Part shown: positions 28,464 through 37,773 of the stretch, piece after piece
Layout of the letters: each line of letters begins with the position of its first letter
How positions within the stretch are numbered: the first letter of the stretch is position 1
The notes under the pieces: generated by a model
Seen by the model: only the letters and a program-made list of their open reading frames with translations
Told to the model about the DNA's origin: nothing
Databases searched by the model: none
Translations under genes and position numbers: made by a program
NCBI GenBank assembly: GCA_038046805.1
Contig: JBBSVO010000006.1
Span: 215,166 to 279,165, forward strand
Length of the DNA: 64,000 nucleotides
Origin: Candidatus Micrarchaeota archaeon
Lineage (GTDB): Archaea; Micrarchaeota; Micrarchaeia; Anstonellales; Bilamarchaeaceae
Direction of reading: 5' to 3'

Positions 28464-30710
28464 GTGATTCAAATAACCAAGAAACAAACGAAACAAAACC
28501 CATCAAAGGCAGAAAATAAAAAAATTCTCATAACATCTGCTCTTCCTTATGTAAATAATGTCCCACATCTGGGCAACATCATAGGCTGCGTGCTGTCTGC
28601 GGATGTTTTCGCGCGGTATTGCCGCTCAAGTGGAAAAGAAACACTCTACATTTGCGGAACTGATGAATATGGAACTGCAACAGAAATAAAAGCGCTCGAA
28701 GAAGGCGTTACCCCATTGGAAATCTGCGACAAATACCATAAAATCCACAAGGAGATTTACGAATGGTTCGGAATTGCGTTTGATTATTTTGGGCGAACCT
28801 CCCGTCCGGTTCATACAAAAATAACCCAGGACATTTTCCTAAAGTTACATGGAAACGGACATGTTGTTGAAGAAGAGGTTGAGCAACCATATGACGAAAA
28901 AGCAAAACTCTTTCTCGCTGACCGATATATAGAAGGCACGTGCCCGTTTTGCAAATCTGAACAGGCAAGGGCAGACCAATGCGATAAATGCGGAAAACTA
29001 CTTACGTTCGCGGAATTAATAAATCCGATAAGCCGTGTATCAAAGACCAAGCCATTGCTTCGCAAGACAAAACACCTGTTCATCGACCTTCCGGGAATAG
29101 AGGAAAAGCTGTCAGTGTGGATCGAAAAGAGTGCAAAAGAAGGAAAATGGTCAAGTAATACGTACAACATTGCAAAAGCCTGGTTAAAGGAAGGGTTGAA
29201 AAAACGTGCAATAACCCGCGATCTCAAATGGGGGATTCCCGTTCCATTGGCTGGCTGGGAAGGCAAGGTGCTCTACGTTTGGTTTGATGCGCCCATAGGC
29301 TATATTTCTATCACAGCGGATTATTTCAAAGAAGACGAAGTAAAATGGAAAGACCAGTGGCAGAATCCCGAGAACACGCTGCTCTATCAGTTTATGGGGA
29401 AGGATAATGTGCCGTTCCATACAGTAATCTTCCCATCCACGCTTATTGGCACAAAAGAGCATTGGACGCTTGTTCATCATCTGAGTACTACTGAATTCCT
29501 CAATTACGAAGGCGGAAAATTCTCAAAATCCCGCGGGATAGGGGTTTTTGGAAACGATGCTATTGAAAGCGGAGTTCCGGCGGATGTTTGGAGGTATTAT
29601 TTGTTGGTGAACCGGCCGGAAGCCGCGGATACCAATTTCACATGGAAGGATTTTGGCGAGAAATTAAACAACGAGTTGGTTGCGAATATCGGAAATTTAG
29701 TGAACCGCACGCTGGTTTTTGCGCAGAATAATTTCGATTCGGTTATTCCTGAATCCAAGGCAACTGACCTGGCCGATGCCGACACTGTATTTATTGCGGA
29801 ACAAAAACAAAAAATTTCCATGATAACCGAATTACTTGAGAACGTGAAGCTAAAGGACGCACTCCATCACACTCTTGCTCTCTCCTCCTCGGCAAACAAA
29901 TATTTTCAGGACAACGCGCCTTGGAAGCTGGTGAAAGAAGGCGACGATAGCAAGAAACGCTGCGGAACCGTCATCAGCGTTCTTTTGCATCAGGTGAAGG
30001 ACCTTGCAATACTTCTGGAACCATATCTTCCGCAGACGAGTGCGGCAATGTTCCAACAACTAGGGTCTTCACCAAGAAAATGGGATGACCTGGGAAAACT
30101 CTCGCTGGCGGGCGGAACAAAACTCGGAATTCCTGCAATTCTTTTCAAGAAAATTGAGCAGAAGGAGGTTGAGGCGCTCCAGCAAAAATATGCAGGAAAG
30201 CAAGGTGAGGCTAAACTGCCTGATATCACCTTCTCGGATTTTGACATCGAAGTCGGCGAGATAACCGATGTGCAAAAGCATCCGAATGCGGAAAAACTTT
30301 ATATTGAAAAAGTGCAGCTCGCTGATGGCGTGCGGCAATTGGTTTCAGGATTGGCAAAATACTATCTACCCGAACAACTGCTTCACAAACGCGTTCTTGT
30401 AGTCCGAAACCTAAAGCCAGCAGTTCTTCGCGGAGTGAAATCCGAAGGAATGCTTCTTGCGGCTGAAAATAAGGAAGGATTGGTTGAAGTGGTCTCTCCA
30501 AAGAAAAGCAAGGTTGGGGAAAAGGTTTTACTTGTCGGTGGCGCGGTTCAAAAACCGAAATCCGAGATTGATATTGACGATTTCTTTAAGGTTAAAATAA
30601 TTGTTGAAAATCAGAAGGTCGTGGTTGCGGAAGGAAAGGAAAACAAGCAGCTTGCGACAAAATCAGAACCTATCCATACTGAGAATGTGATTGAGGGAAA
30701 GGTAAGCTGA
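28464..30710 (+). CDS. metG: Methionine--tRNA ligase with C-terminal tRNA-binding domain
   Basis: SALPYVNNVPHLGN, YVWFDAPIGY, KFSKS, HPNAEKL, SEGMLL. Confidence 0.97.
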   Translation: MIQITKKQTKQNPSKAENKKILITSALPYVNNVPHLGNIIGCVLSADVFARYCRSSGKETLYICGTDEYGTATEIKALEEGVTPLEICDKYHKIHKEIYEWFGIAFDYFGRTSRPVHTKITQDIFLKLHGNGHVVEEEVEQPYDEKAKLFLADRYIEGTCPFCKSEQARADQCDKCGKLLTFAELINPISRVSKTKPLLRKTKHLFIDLPGIEEKLSVWIEKSAKEGKWSSNTYNIAKAWLKEGLKKRAITRDLKWGIPVPLAGWEGKVLYVWFDAPIGYISITADYFKEDEVKWKDQWQNPENTLLYQFMGKDNVPFHTVIFPSTLIGTKEHWTLVHHLSTTEFLNYEGGKFSKSRGIGVFGNDAIESGVPADVWRYYLLVNRPEAADTNFTWKDFGEKLNNELVANIGNLVNRTLVFAQNNFDSVIPESKATDLADADTVFIAEQKQKISMITELLENVKLKDALHHTLALSSSANKYFQDNAPWKLVKEGDDSKKRCGTVISVLLHQVKDLAILLEPYLPQTSAAMFQQLGSSPRKWDDLGKLSLAGGTKLGIPAILFKKIEQKEVEALQQKYAGKQGEAKLPDITFSDFDIEVGEITDVQKHPNAEKLYIEKVQLADGVRQLVSGLAKYYLPEQLLHKRVLVVRNLKPAVLRGVKSEGMLLAAENKEGLVEVVSPKKSKVGEKVLLVGGAVQKPKSEIDIDDFFKVKIIVENQKVVVAEGKENKQLATKSEPIHTENVIEGKVS

Positions 30711-30770
30711 GCCAGTCCTACAATCATATATCTTTTTATACCTATTCCCACATTATATCTATGTTACCTG

Positions 30771-31757
30771 ATGGTGAAGTTGATTTTTATGGTGTTTCGT
30801 CTTGAAAGCAAAACTGTCGTAAGGAATACTGATTATTTCAGAGCTGTTGAAAGTGACCTCCGAACTGCAATGAAAAGATTTGAGACGATGTTGCTTCCTA
30901 TAGCAGAGCAGGCGGCAAGGGATGCCTGTGTTAAAGTTAAAGAGCATCCGAAAGAGGGTTATTACACCGAAACCACCAGTCTTAGCCGCTATTTTGACAT
31001 TCTAAGATCATTGCAGGAAAATTTTTCCCCTATCATAACGGATTCTATCCGTCTTCTTCATGAAATATATTCCCACCGTGTTTTTGGGCTTGGAAAGGCT
31101 GTGCGAACTGCAATAAGCGATGAAGCATTGTTCCCAGCAGAATCTCCAGCAATAATTTCCCCAGTGGCTGACCCGGTGTCCATGGCAAGCGCAAAGGTTC
31201 AGCCAAATTGGACAATTGATGGGATAATGGATGCGCTGGTTGGAATTAAATTAGGGACTTGTTTGGTTGGTTTAGCAATTTTGGTGGATTCAAAGGAAAA
31301 CATTCAGGTGTCCGAACAAAGAAGGTATAATCCACTGGCTACCTGCATGGCTTGCGAAACGACCGTTCTTTCCAGGCATAAAAGTACTTGGAGAGGTGGG
31401 GGATCATCTAAATCGCAGGTTGACTGGCAGGTTGATAGAGCGGTTGAAGAATATGGAAACGCACTCATCGCAGCATATAATGACTTATTCACGAAAGGGG
31501 GGGAGTCATTTTCTATTGGCATTGGAAATGTCACCCCGGATAATATTCTTTCTGAGCTAGGAATCGCACCTGCGATGGAAAGATGCGTTAATCTAAACAT
31601 ATATGCGATAAAAAGGTTGTATTATCATTGGGCAATAGAAAAAAATCCAGAATCTGGGTTATACATTGTCAGGGATTTCAATGCTGGACGAATAATCACA
31701 ACTCAGGAATATCACGATAATCCAGATATTAAATTGGGGTTATCCTTCTTAAGATAA
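30771..31757 (+). CDS. Hypothetical protein
   Basis: 328-aa ORF; no family recognised. Confidence 0.6.
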   Translation: MVKLIFMVFRLESKTVVRNTDYFRAVESDLRTAMKRFETMLLPIAEQAARDACVKVKEHPKEGYYTETTSLSRYFDILRSLQENFSPIITDSIRLLHEIYSHRVFGLGKAVRTAISDEALFPAESPAIISPVADPVSMASAKVQPNWTIDGIMDALVGIKLGTCLVGLAILVDSKENIQVSEQRRYNPLATCMACETTVLSRHKSTWRGGGSSKSQVDWQVDRAVEEYGNALIAAYNDLFTKGGESFSIGIGNVTPDNILSELGIAPAMERCVNLNIYAIKRLYYHWAIEKNPESGLYIVRDFNAGRIITTQEYHDNPDIKLGLSFLR

Positions 31758-31864
31758 AAACTATTGCAGACTACTTCTTCCGAACTATTCAGTGAATTTT
31801 GCATCTTGAGTCCAAACAGTGAAACTCAAAACTCAGAACGCGAAACCCTAAACGCGGGACAATC

Positions 31865-32920
31865 CTAAAACCAGTCCCCTAATTTCTTCTGCCCGCCCTT
31901 TTCTTTCTGGATTCTTTCTACCTCATTGATTACTCTTTGCACGCGTTCCTCTGAAAAATCATGCCCTGAGCAGAGCATTTTCATCAATCCTTCTCCATCC
32001 ATCTTATTGAATTTCAGTTCTGGAACATCTGCGGTGTTTGGTTTCATGAACACATCGAATATCTCCTCGGTTTCTCCTTCACCTTCGTCCCCAAGCCCGA
32101 TTATGTTCCCATATTTCGCATGCACGAATTTCTTCAAATCCTCAAGTGTTTTTATCCCGCTCACAATTTTGAGCGCGGTTTTCGGCCCGACTCCTTTAAC
32201 TCCTTCATTAAAATCTGTTCCAACGAGTAGTCCGAGCATCACAAGCTGTTCCCGGGTCAGATTAAGCGATCGCAGGGTTTCATCAAGCCGTATTTCTTCG
32301 GGTTCCACGAGCACGTATCTATCCTGTCTCGGAACCTTTCTTCTTCCTGTTATAGATAAGTTCCGTACAAGTATCGGAGAACCGAACAAAAGCGAATCAT
32401 AATCCTGTGAAGCAGATGCATATGCTGCCCCGCATCGGACCATTTCGGCTGCCTGTGCCTCCCCTTCCCCCGGAGCCTGAACGTGCGGCAATCCCATCAA
32501 TTCCAGAAGCACCTTGCTTTCCTCAACCATTTCTGGTGTCAGTCGCGAGGTTGCCTGCGCATATTTCTTCGCATCTTCAGTTCTTCCTTCCTCAAGTGCA
32601 GTCTTCCATTTTTCTTCTGCGGTTTTTTTGATTTCCGCACGCGCGATTTGCGTTTTCTTTTTGAACCGAGGCGGTTTCCCGTCAAAAACATAAACGGGCA
32701 GAATCCCGTTTTCCATAAGCCTTGCGGTTCTGTAAAATAATCCCGAAAGATGCGCGGTTACATGTCCGTGTGAGTCCATCAGCGGGGTTCCATCCTCCTG
32801 CCTGATAGACGCAAGAAACTGGTAAAGAGTATTGAATGCGTCTATTGCAACTATCCGTCCGGAAAGGCTGTCCACGGTAATAGTATGCTTGACTGCAAGA
32901 TCGCCTAATTGGACTCCCAC
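31865..32920 (-). CDS. fen: Flap endonuclease 1
   Basis: IDAFNTLYQFLASIRQ.DG.PL, EGEAQAA, SQDYD.LLFG, GTDFN.GV.G.GPK, C-terminal PIP box QKKLGDWF. Confidence 0.97.
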   Translation of the reverse strand: MGVQLGDLAVKHTITVDSLSGRIVAIDAFNTLYQFLASIRQEDGTPLMDSHGHVTAHLSGLFYRTARLMENGILPVYVFDGKPPRFKKKTQIARAEIKKTAEEKWKTALEEGRTEDAKKYAQATSRLTPEMVEESKVLLELMGLPHVQAPGEGEAQAAEMVRCGAAYASASQDYDSLLFGSPILVRNLSITGRRKVPRQDRYVLVEPEEIRLDETLRSLNLTREQLVMLGLLVGTDFNEGVKGVGPKTALKIVSGIKTLEDLKKFVHAKYGNIIGLGDEGEGETEEIFDVFMKPNTADVPELKFNKMDGEGLMKMLCSGHDFSEERVQRVINEVERIQKEKGGQKKLGDWF

Positions 32921-33005
32921 ATATTTCACCGGTTTCAAATATTTCGTTTAGTGTTTCGAAGTTCAATTCGTCTGGTTATATGTTTTGTTTCGAATTCCTG
33001 CAATG

Positions 33006-33536
33006 TTATTTCTTTTTCTTGTTTGAATCTGCCTTTGCCATTTCAAACGCATCTGCAAGAGTAGGCTCTCTGAATTGAGCGCTTCCTTTTCCCTGAAGGC
33101 TTGGCGCTACTTCCTCTTTAACCTGTTCAACTAGTTTTATTCCAAGTTCCTTTCCTATTTTCTTTGCAACATCAAGGGTTGGGTGTACCTTTCCCTTTTC
33201 AATATGGTCAATGAAGCTTTCCTTTTCGCTTATCCGTTCCGCGAGAACTGCAACCGGAAGCCCGATTTTTTCCCTTTTCTGCCTGATGAGCTGGGAATAT
33301 CCATCCACAAGGTCCTCGCGTTCCATGATATTTGGCCTGGTTGTCGAGGCGAATCTCATCCCGCCGGCATTTCCTTTATCTCCTTCTCCTGCTTCTTCAA
33401 ATTCCAGAATATGAATGACTTTTCCATGGCCTTTACAATTTCTGCATGCTGACATTCTTGCGCCCTCAACAGAAATTATCGCCATTGCAGTGTGTTTTCC
33501 GCAGATGTCACATTGAGGTCCTGATACAGATACCAT
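33006..33536 (-). CDS. Archaeal multiprotein bridging factor aMBF1 (Zn ribbon + HTH)
   Basis: CDICG..EGA.M..C..C; HTH REK.GL....LA..I.EKES. Confidence 0.88.
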   Translation of the reverse strand: MVSVSGPQCDICGKHTAMAIISVEGARMSACRNCKGHGKVIHILEFEEAGEGDKGNAGGMRFASTTRPNIMEREDLVDGYSQLIRQKREKIGLPVAVLAERISEKESFIDHIEKGKVHPTLDVAKKIGKELGIKLVEQVKEEVAPSLQGKGSAQFREPTLADAFEMAKADSNKKKK

Positions 33537-33588
33537 GATTCTGATTTGCATCCATAAATTTTTATTCTCATATGGGGAAATCATTGCT

Positions 33589-34977
33589 ATGATTTTCGCA
33601 TTTGTAGTGGTTTTGATAGCCTTTGCACTATTTCTCTACGTGCTTGGGCTGGATATCCCGGGAACATGGAAATTCGCAGTTTCAGTTGCAGAAATGATTG
33701 TCGTGGGGCAGGTTCTCAGCATGAAATATAATCTTGGCGCAAGCTGGGGGCTAATATTATTCAGGACGAAAAAAGGACTGGACATTATCGCGTCACTGGC
33801 AAAACATGAAAAATTCTGGAGTTTTTTCGCAGAAGTTGGAACCCTAATGTCTTACGGGGCACTTTCATTCATTTTCATGCGAAAATCTGTTTCAAGAAAC
33901 AGTGCAATTGTAGGATTTATTCTTCTTTTGTTCCTTGCTTTGTTTGTCTCCGCGCCGGTTCTTGGATTCCTTGCAGTGAATGTGAAGGGGGCACTGCCCA
34001 ATCAAGATGCATTAAGTAGTGGAGCAACCGAGAGCGCAACGCGCAGCATAGACGGCTTTCTCCTCTTATGGTTTGCTTTACTTTTGGGCGGAGGAATGTT
34101 TTTTGTGCTTCTTGCCAGTATTCTAATGTACGGGGTCGTAGTGCTTAGTGCGCTTTCATCAACCGTATTCTCTGGAACAACTGCAATACAGGATACGAAT
34201 CCAGGTGCGACGTTTCTTCTTCCAGGGATAAATATTCCTTTTATTGAGGGCATAATCGCGCTTTTGGTCATTCTTGTAGTTCATGAGGGTGCGCATGCGG
34301 TTCTTGGAAAAATGGCACGCGTTCCGATTCTTTCTTCCGGAGTTGTATTGTTTGGGGTAATCCCTGTCGGGGCTTTTGTTGAACCAGACGAGGATTATCT
34401 GAAACGGATTGAGAAAACCAAGCAGACGCGGGTGCTGGTTGCAGGCTCAACTGCCAATCTTATTACCTCTGTAATTACATTCATAATTTTTGTAGGTTTC
34501 ATGCTTTCCGCATTTGCACTGAATCTGAATGAACGCGGACTTCTTGTTGCAACTGGAGACGCATCCGGCACGCTTCAGAAAGGTGACATGATTTACAAAC
34601 TCAACGGAGAGGACGCGCTCGGTTACAAAAATATTTCAATTCCTAAAAATTCGTCGGTCTCCTTACTCACCAATCACGGGGACATTTCACTCAAAACCAA
34701 TATAGATGGAAAAATGGGAATAACCTTTTATCCGCTATCGGGCGGTTCACTTATCTTCGCAAAATTCAAATATGGGTTTTTGGATTTCATCTACCTGACA
34801 CTAGGCCTGATTTTCGCCCTGAATTTCGTTGTAGGGACAATAAACCTTCTCCCGCTTCCGTTCTTTGACGGTTACAGGATTCTGGAATTGAACGCGCCGC
34901 ATCCGATAGTGGCAAAGGCGCTTATGGTAATTACGCTAATCGCCTTCCTAATGAACTTCGTGCCGTGGCTGTTCTGA
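33589..34977 (+). CDS. Site-2 protease family (M50) membrane metalloprotease
   Basis: VHEGAH, GAFVEPDE, AGS.AN, NLLPLPFFDG. Confidence 0.92.
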   Translation: MIFAFVVVLIAFALFLYVLGLDIPGTWKFAVSVAEMIVVGQVLSMKYNLGASWGLILFRTKKGLDIIASLAKHEKFWSFFAEVGTLMSYGALSFIFMRKSVSRNSAIVGFILLLFLALFVSAPVLGFLAVNVKGALPNQDALSSGATESATRSIDGFLLLWFALLLGGGMFFVLLASILMYGVVVLSALSSTVFSGTTAIQDTNPGATFLLPGINIPFIEGIIALLVILVVHEGAHAVLGKMARVPILSSGVVLFGVIPVGAFVEPDEDYLKRIEKTKQTRVLVAGSTANLITSVITFIIFVGFMLSAFALNLNERGLLVATGDASGTLQKGDMIYKLNGEDALGYKNISIPKNSSVSLLTNHGDISLKTNIDGKMGITFYPLSGGSLIFAKFKYGFLDFIYLTLGLIFALNFVVGTINLLPLPFFDGYRILELNAPHPIVAKALMVITLIAFLMNFVPWLF

Positions 34978-35003
34978 CCTAAGGGTTTTCCGCAGATTTG
35001 AAC

Positions 35004-35059
35004 GACCAATCGAAACGACAGTTTCAATGGTCCATGGAACGTTGCGACGTTCTATCGGA
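35004..35059 (+). mobile_element. Double-hairpin micro-element copy 3
   Basis: GA-CCAA-TCGAAAC gaca GTTTCAA-TGGTCCA-TGGAACGT tgcg ACGTTCTA-TCG-GA. Confidence 0.8.
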
Positions 35060-35118
35060 CGATTCGTTCAATTGGGCTAAAAACAAGAAAATAAGATTGC
35101 GTGTGCAAGAGTTAATAC

Positions 35119-35499
35119 TTATATCTGAACCCCGTTCACAACCCCATCCTGCCCAACGCGGTTTGTGACTTTTACCTTTCCAACTTCGGTATTAAGCACA
35201 GCGCCTTTGGTTATGATATTCTGTCTTACATATTCTGGATTGTGGCTTTCAACAACGCCGAGTATTTTCGCCTTTTTCATCCCATTCTTTGTTACTACAT
35301 TTACAAAAGCAGCCTTTTTGATGCGAATCCGCCTGTTTCCTCCTCTTACTCGTTTGATGCTTCGCACGTCCTTGTCAGAAACCTTTGTTGCAGTGAATGC
35401 ACTGCCTATTTGTGAAAGCCTTTTGTTCTGTGACGGAATTCTCTTTCCGCCGGTTCCTGCTGAAACTTTTTTTATCCTCGGTCTGTGATATTGTTGCAT
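35119..35499 (-). CDS. rps8e: 30S ribosomal protein S8e
   Basis: TGGK, RVRGGN, RQNIITKGAV..TE.G...VT.R.GQDGVVNG. Confidence 0.95.
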   Translation of the reverse strand: MQQYHRPRIKKVSAGTGGKRIPSQNKRLSQIGSAFTATKVSDKDVRSIKRVRGGNRRIRIKKAAFVNVVTKNGMKKAKILGVVESHNPEYVRQNIITKGAVLNTEVGKVKVTNRVGQDGVVNGVQI

Positions 35500-35575
35500 G
35501 AATACACCTCAAGCCAAAATTGGTAACGTTTTAATATTGGCACAGCTTTAAAATCCTTATCCTGACGGTATTTCT

Positions 35576-35983
35576 ATGATCTTCACCCGTGTTTCATCTT
35601 CTCTTGGAAAAAATGCGCTTCTGGACATTGCGGCCGAGCTAAGTATCCTGCTTCTGCGTCCTTCTGCAATCTCCTCAAAAAAACAGCTTGAACTGGCGTT
35701 TTATCTGGCGAATAAGTCGTTCGGAACCGGGCATTCCATTGCAAAAAAATTCCATCTTGAATTTCTCTTGTGGCTTGCTGGCTGCAAGGATATCCGAAAG
35801 GCTTTTGCGGAAACAACATTCACGGATGCGAAGGACATCCTAGTAATTTCGTTCGCACGCGGAACAAAAAAACAAGTAATTGGGCAAATCCTCGATTCGC
35901 TTTCATCTAACGAAAAGAAGTTCTCGCTTTCTGATGAAGTTGAGCCGCTCGTTTTGGAAAAAATCTCCCTCTCAAGGGTTTAA
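35576..35983 (+). CDS. cgi121: KEOPS complex subunit Cgi121
   Basis: A.KSF..G..IAK...LEFLL.LAG...IR.A. Confidence 0.75.
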   Translation: MIFTRVSSSLGKNALLDIAAELSILLLRPSAISSKKQLELAFYLANKSFGTGHSIAKKFHLEFLLWLAGCKDIRKAFAETTFTDAKDILVISFARGTKKQVIGQILDSLSSNEKKFSLSDEVEPLVLEKISLSRV

Positions 35984-37518
35984 CCTTTCTCCAATTCTCT
36001 CAAAAGCAGTTCCTTATCTATCGGCAAATCAATTCTCAGAGTCTTGTGAATAAAGTCGAACATTTCCACGAATTTTGCCTTATTCACAACAGTGTCTGCG
36101 TAAATCCTTTTTGCCATATCCTTTAGTTTAATATCTTTACCTACCAGTTCGTAAAGCATTACGCCCTCTTTCCCATATTTTTTATATATTGCATATCCTT
36201 CATCGCCGTATTTCTTGCGCACGTCTGTGCGTGGCATGGCTTTGAGCATGACAAGGCGTTTTTCAAGAAGAAACGCAAGCACTGTTTCCACTTCATAAAG
36301 CGGTATGGCGTTCTTAATTGCAAAATCAATAATGTCGTTCTTCCCGTTTACGTTTTCGAGTATCTTTCCGCCCCGGTCACCGAATTTTAGCAGAACATTG
36401 CTTTTTGCATAAAGCGCCTGCACCATATCCACTGGCGCCTTTATCGGAACATTTATCGGTCCAACTTCTTTTTTTGCACCACTATTCTCTATTGCTTCGT
36501 CTTCTTCTTCAGCAAGTGGTTTGAATCCGCTTTCTGCAACCGTTGGCGCAGGTTCTTCCTTCTTTTTCTCTCCACCCGGATATTCTAGTTTGATTATTCC
36601 CTCTTCATCCATGAAGTCGAGCATCTCAACCAGTTTTGATTCGCTTACTCCGGTTTCCTTTATTATTTCTTCAGCCGTTCTTTGGCCGTCAATGAGCTTG
36701 TATACTTTTATGCCTGTTTCGCCATATTTATCTTTGATAATTCTTTCAACAGGGCTTAGTTCCTCCTCTTCCGTGCCATGATGGGAAACGGGTTCTATAT
36801 CCTCTTTCATTTCCAATTGAGTCGTTTCCAATTCTTCCTCGTGCGATTTTTCCAGTTCATTCTCTTCTTTTGAGTCTGGTTCCTCTTCTTTTGGCTCAGT
36901 TTTCTCCGCTTCAAATTCCATCCAGCTTTTCGGTTCCTCTTTCTCTTCTTCTGCTTCTATTGGTTCGAACTCCTCTTTTTTCTCTTGAATCGGTTCTTCA
37001 TCTTTAGAAGTATCTTCCACAGGCCCCTCTTTCTCTTTTTTCTCAGGCTTTTCTTCTTCTAATCCTATTGGTTCTATATCTATTGGTTTAATTTCGTCAA
37101 GTGTTTCAGAAGGTTCAGGCTCTTCTTTTGGTTTTAACAAATCTTTTTTCACCCACGGAGGCGCAGGCTCTCCAGTTTCCTGTTCCGCGTTTCGTGTTTT
37201 TGGTTCCGGTTCTTCGGTTCCAAGTTCCGCCTCTTCTGCCGGTTTCTTTCTTCGGGCTTCCGTGCCTCCTGATTCTACTGCTGAAAGCTCTACCATCCCC
37301 GCCTCTTCCATATAACTAAGCATTTCTGCGAATATGTCCGGTTCTATTTCCAAATCTTTTCTAAGTTCTTCGGCGGTTCTTTTTCCAGTAATTGCCTTGT
37401 AGATATGGAGTCCAAGTTCTCCGAATTTTTTTAGAAGAAGATTCTGGTTCTTAAATCGATTAAGCGGACCCTTTTCGATTTTTGTTATCTTGTAATCTAT
37501 TCCAGGTTCCATTGTCAT
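35980..37518 (-). CDS. Hypothetical protein with repeated winged-helix-like domains and acidic linker
   Basis: Repeats of K(F/Y)GE.G..(I/V)Y..I.G.RTAEE.......L..M.E.G; Glu/Pro-rich middle. Confidence 0.7.
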   Translation of the reverse strand: MTMEPGIDYKITKIEKGPLNRFKNQNLLLKKFGELGLHIYKAITGKRTAEELRKDLEIEPDIFAEMLSYMEEAGMVELSAVESGGTEARRKKPAEEAELGTEEPEPKTRNAEQETGEPAPPWVKKDLLKPKEEPEPSETLDEIKPIDIEPIGLEEEKPEKKEKEGPVEDTSKDEEPIQEKKEEFEPIEAEEEKEEPKSWMEFEAEKTEPKEEEPDSKEENELEKSHEEELETTQLEMKEDIEPVSHHGTEEEELSPVERIIKDKYGETGIKVYKLIDGQRTAEEIIKETGVSESKLVEMLDFMDEEGIIKLEYPGGEKKKEEPAPTVAESGFKPLAEEEDEAIENSGAKKEVGPINVPIKAPVDMVQALYAKSNVLLKFGDRGGKILENVNGKNDIIDFAIKNAIPLYEVETVLAFLLEKRLVMLKAMPRTDVRKKYGDEGYAIYKKYGKEGVMLYELVGKDIKLKDMAKRIYADTVVNKAKFVEMFDFIHKTLRIDLPIDKELLLRELEKG

Positions 37519-37639
37519 CAGGATCACTTACCATTTTCGGGTTATAAAATATATGACTTATAGATTAATCTCGCGTATTGCTTTCGCAATTCTTTTTTGG
37601 ATCACTATAATACATAAGTGTGGATTAAAAATATTGATG

Positions 37640-37730
37640 ATTGGCTTTTAGCATTAGTTTATAGTAAGTGGCTAACTGCTAATCGCTAACCACTAACTGC
37701 AAACTGCTAATCGCTAACCACTAACTGCTA
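37640..37730. repeat. Degenerate heptamer tandem repeat (CTAA(C/T)NN) with partial inverted arm
   Basis: ctaactg ctaatcg ctaacca ctaactg caaactg ctaatcg ctaacca ctaactg (37672-37727). Confidence 0.85.
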
Positions 37731-37773
37731 ACCCACCTTCATCTTTTTAAACCATACATTCGTGTATACTGGT

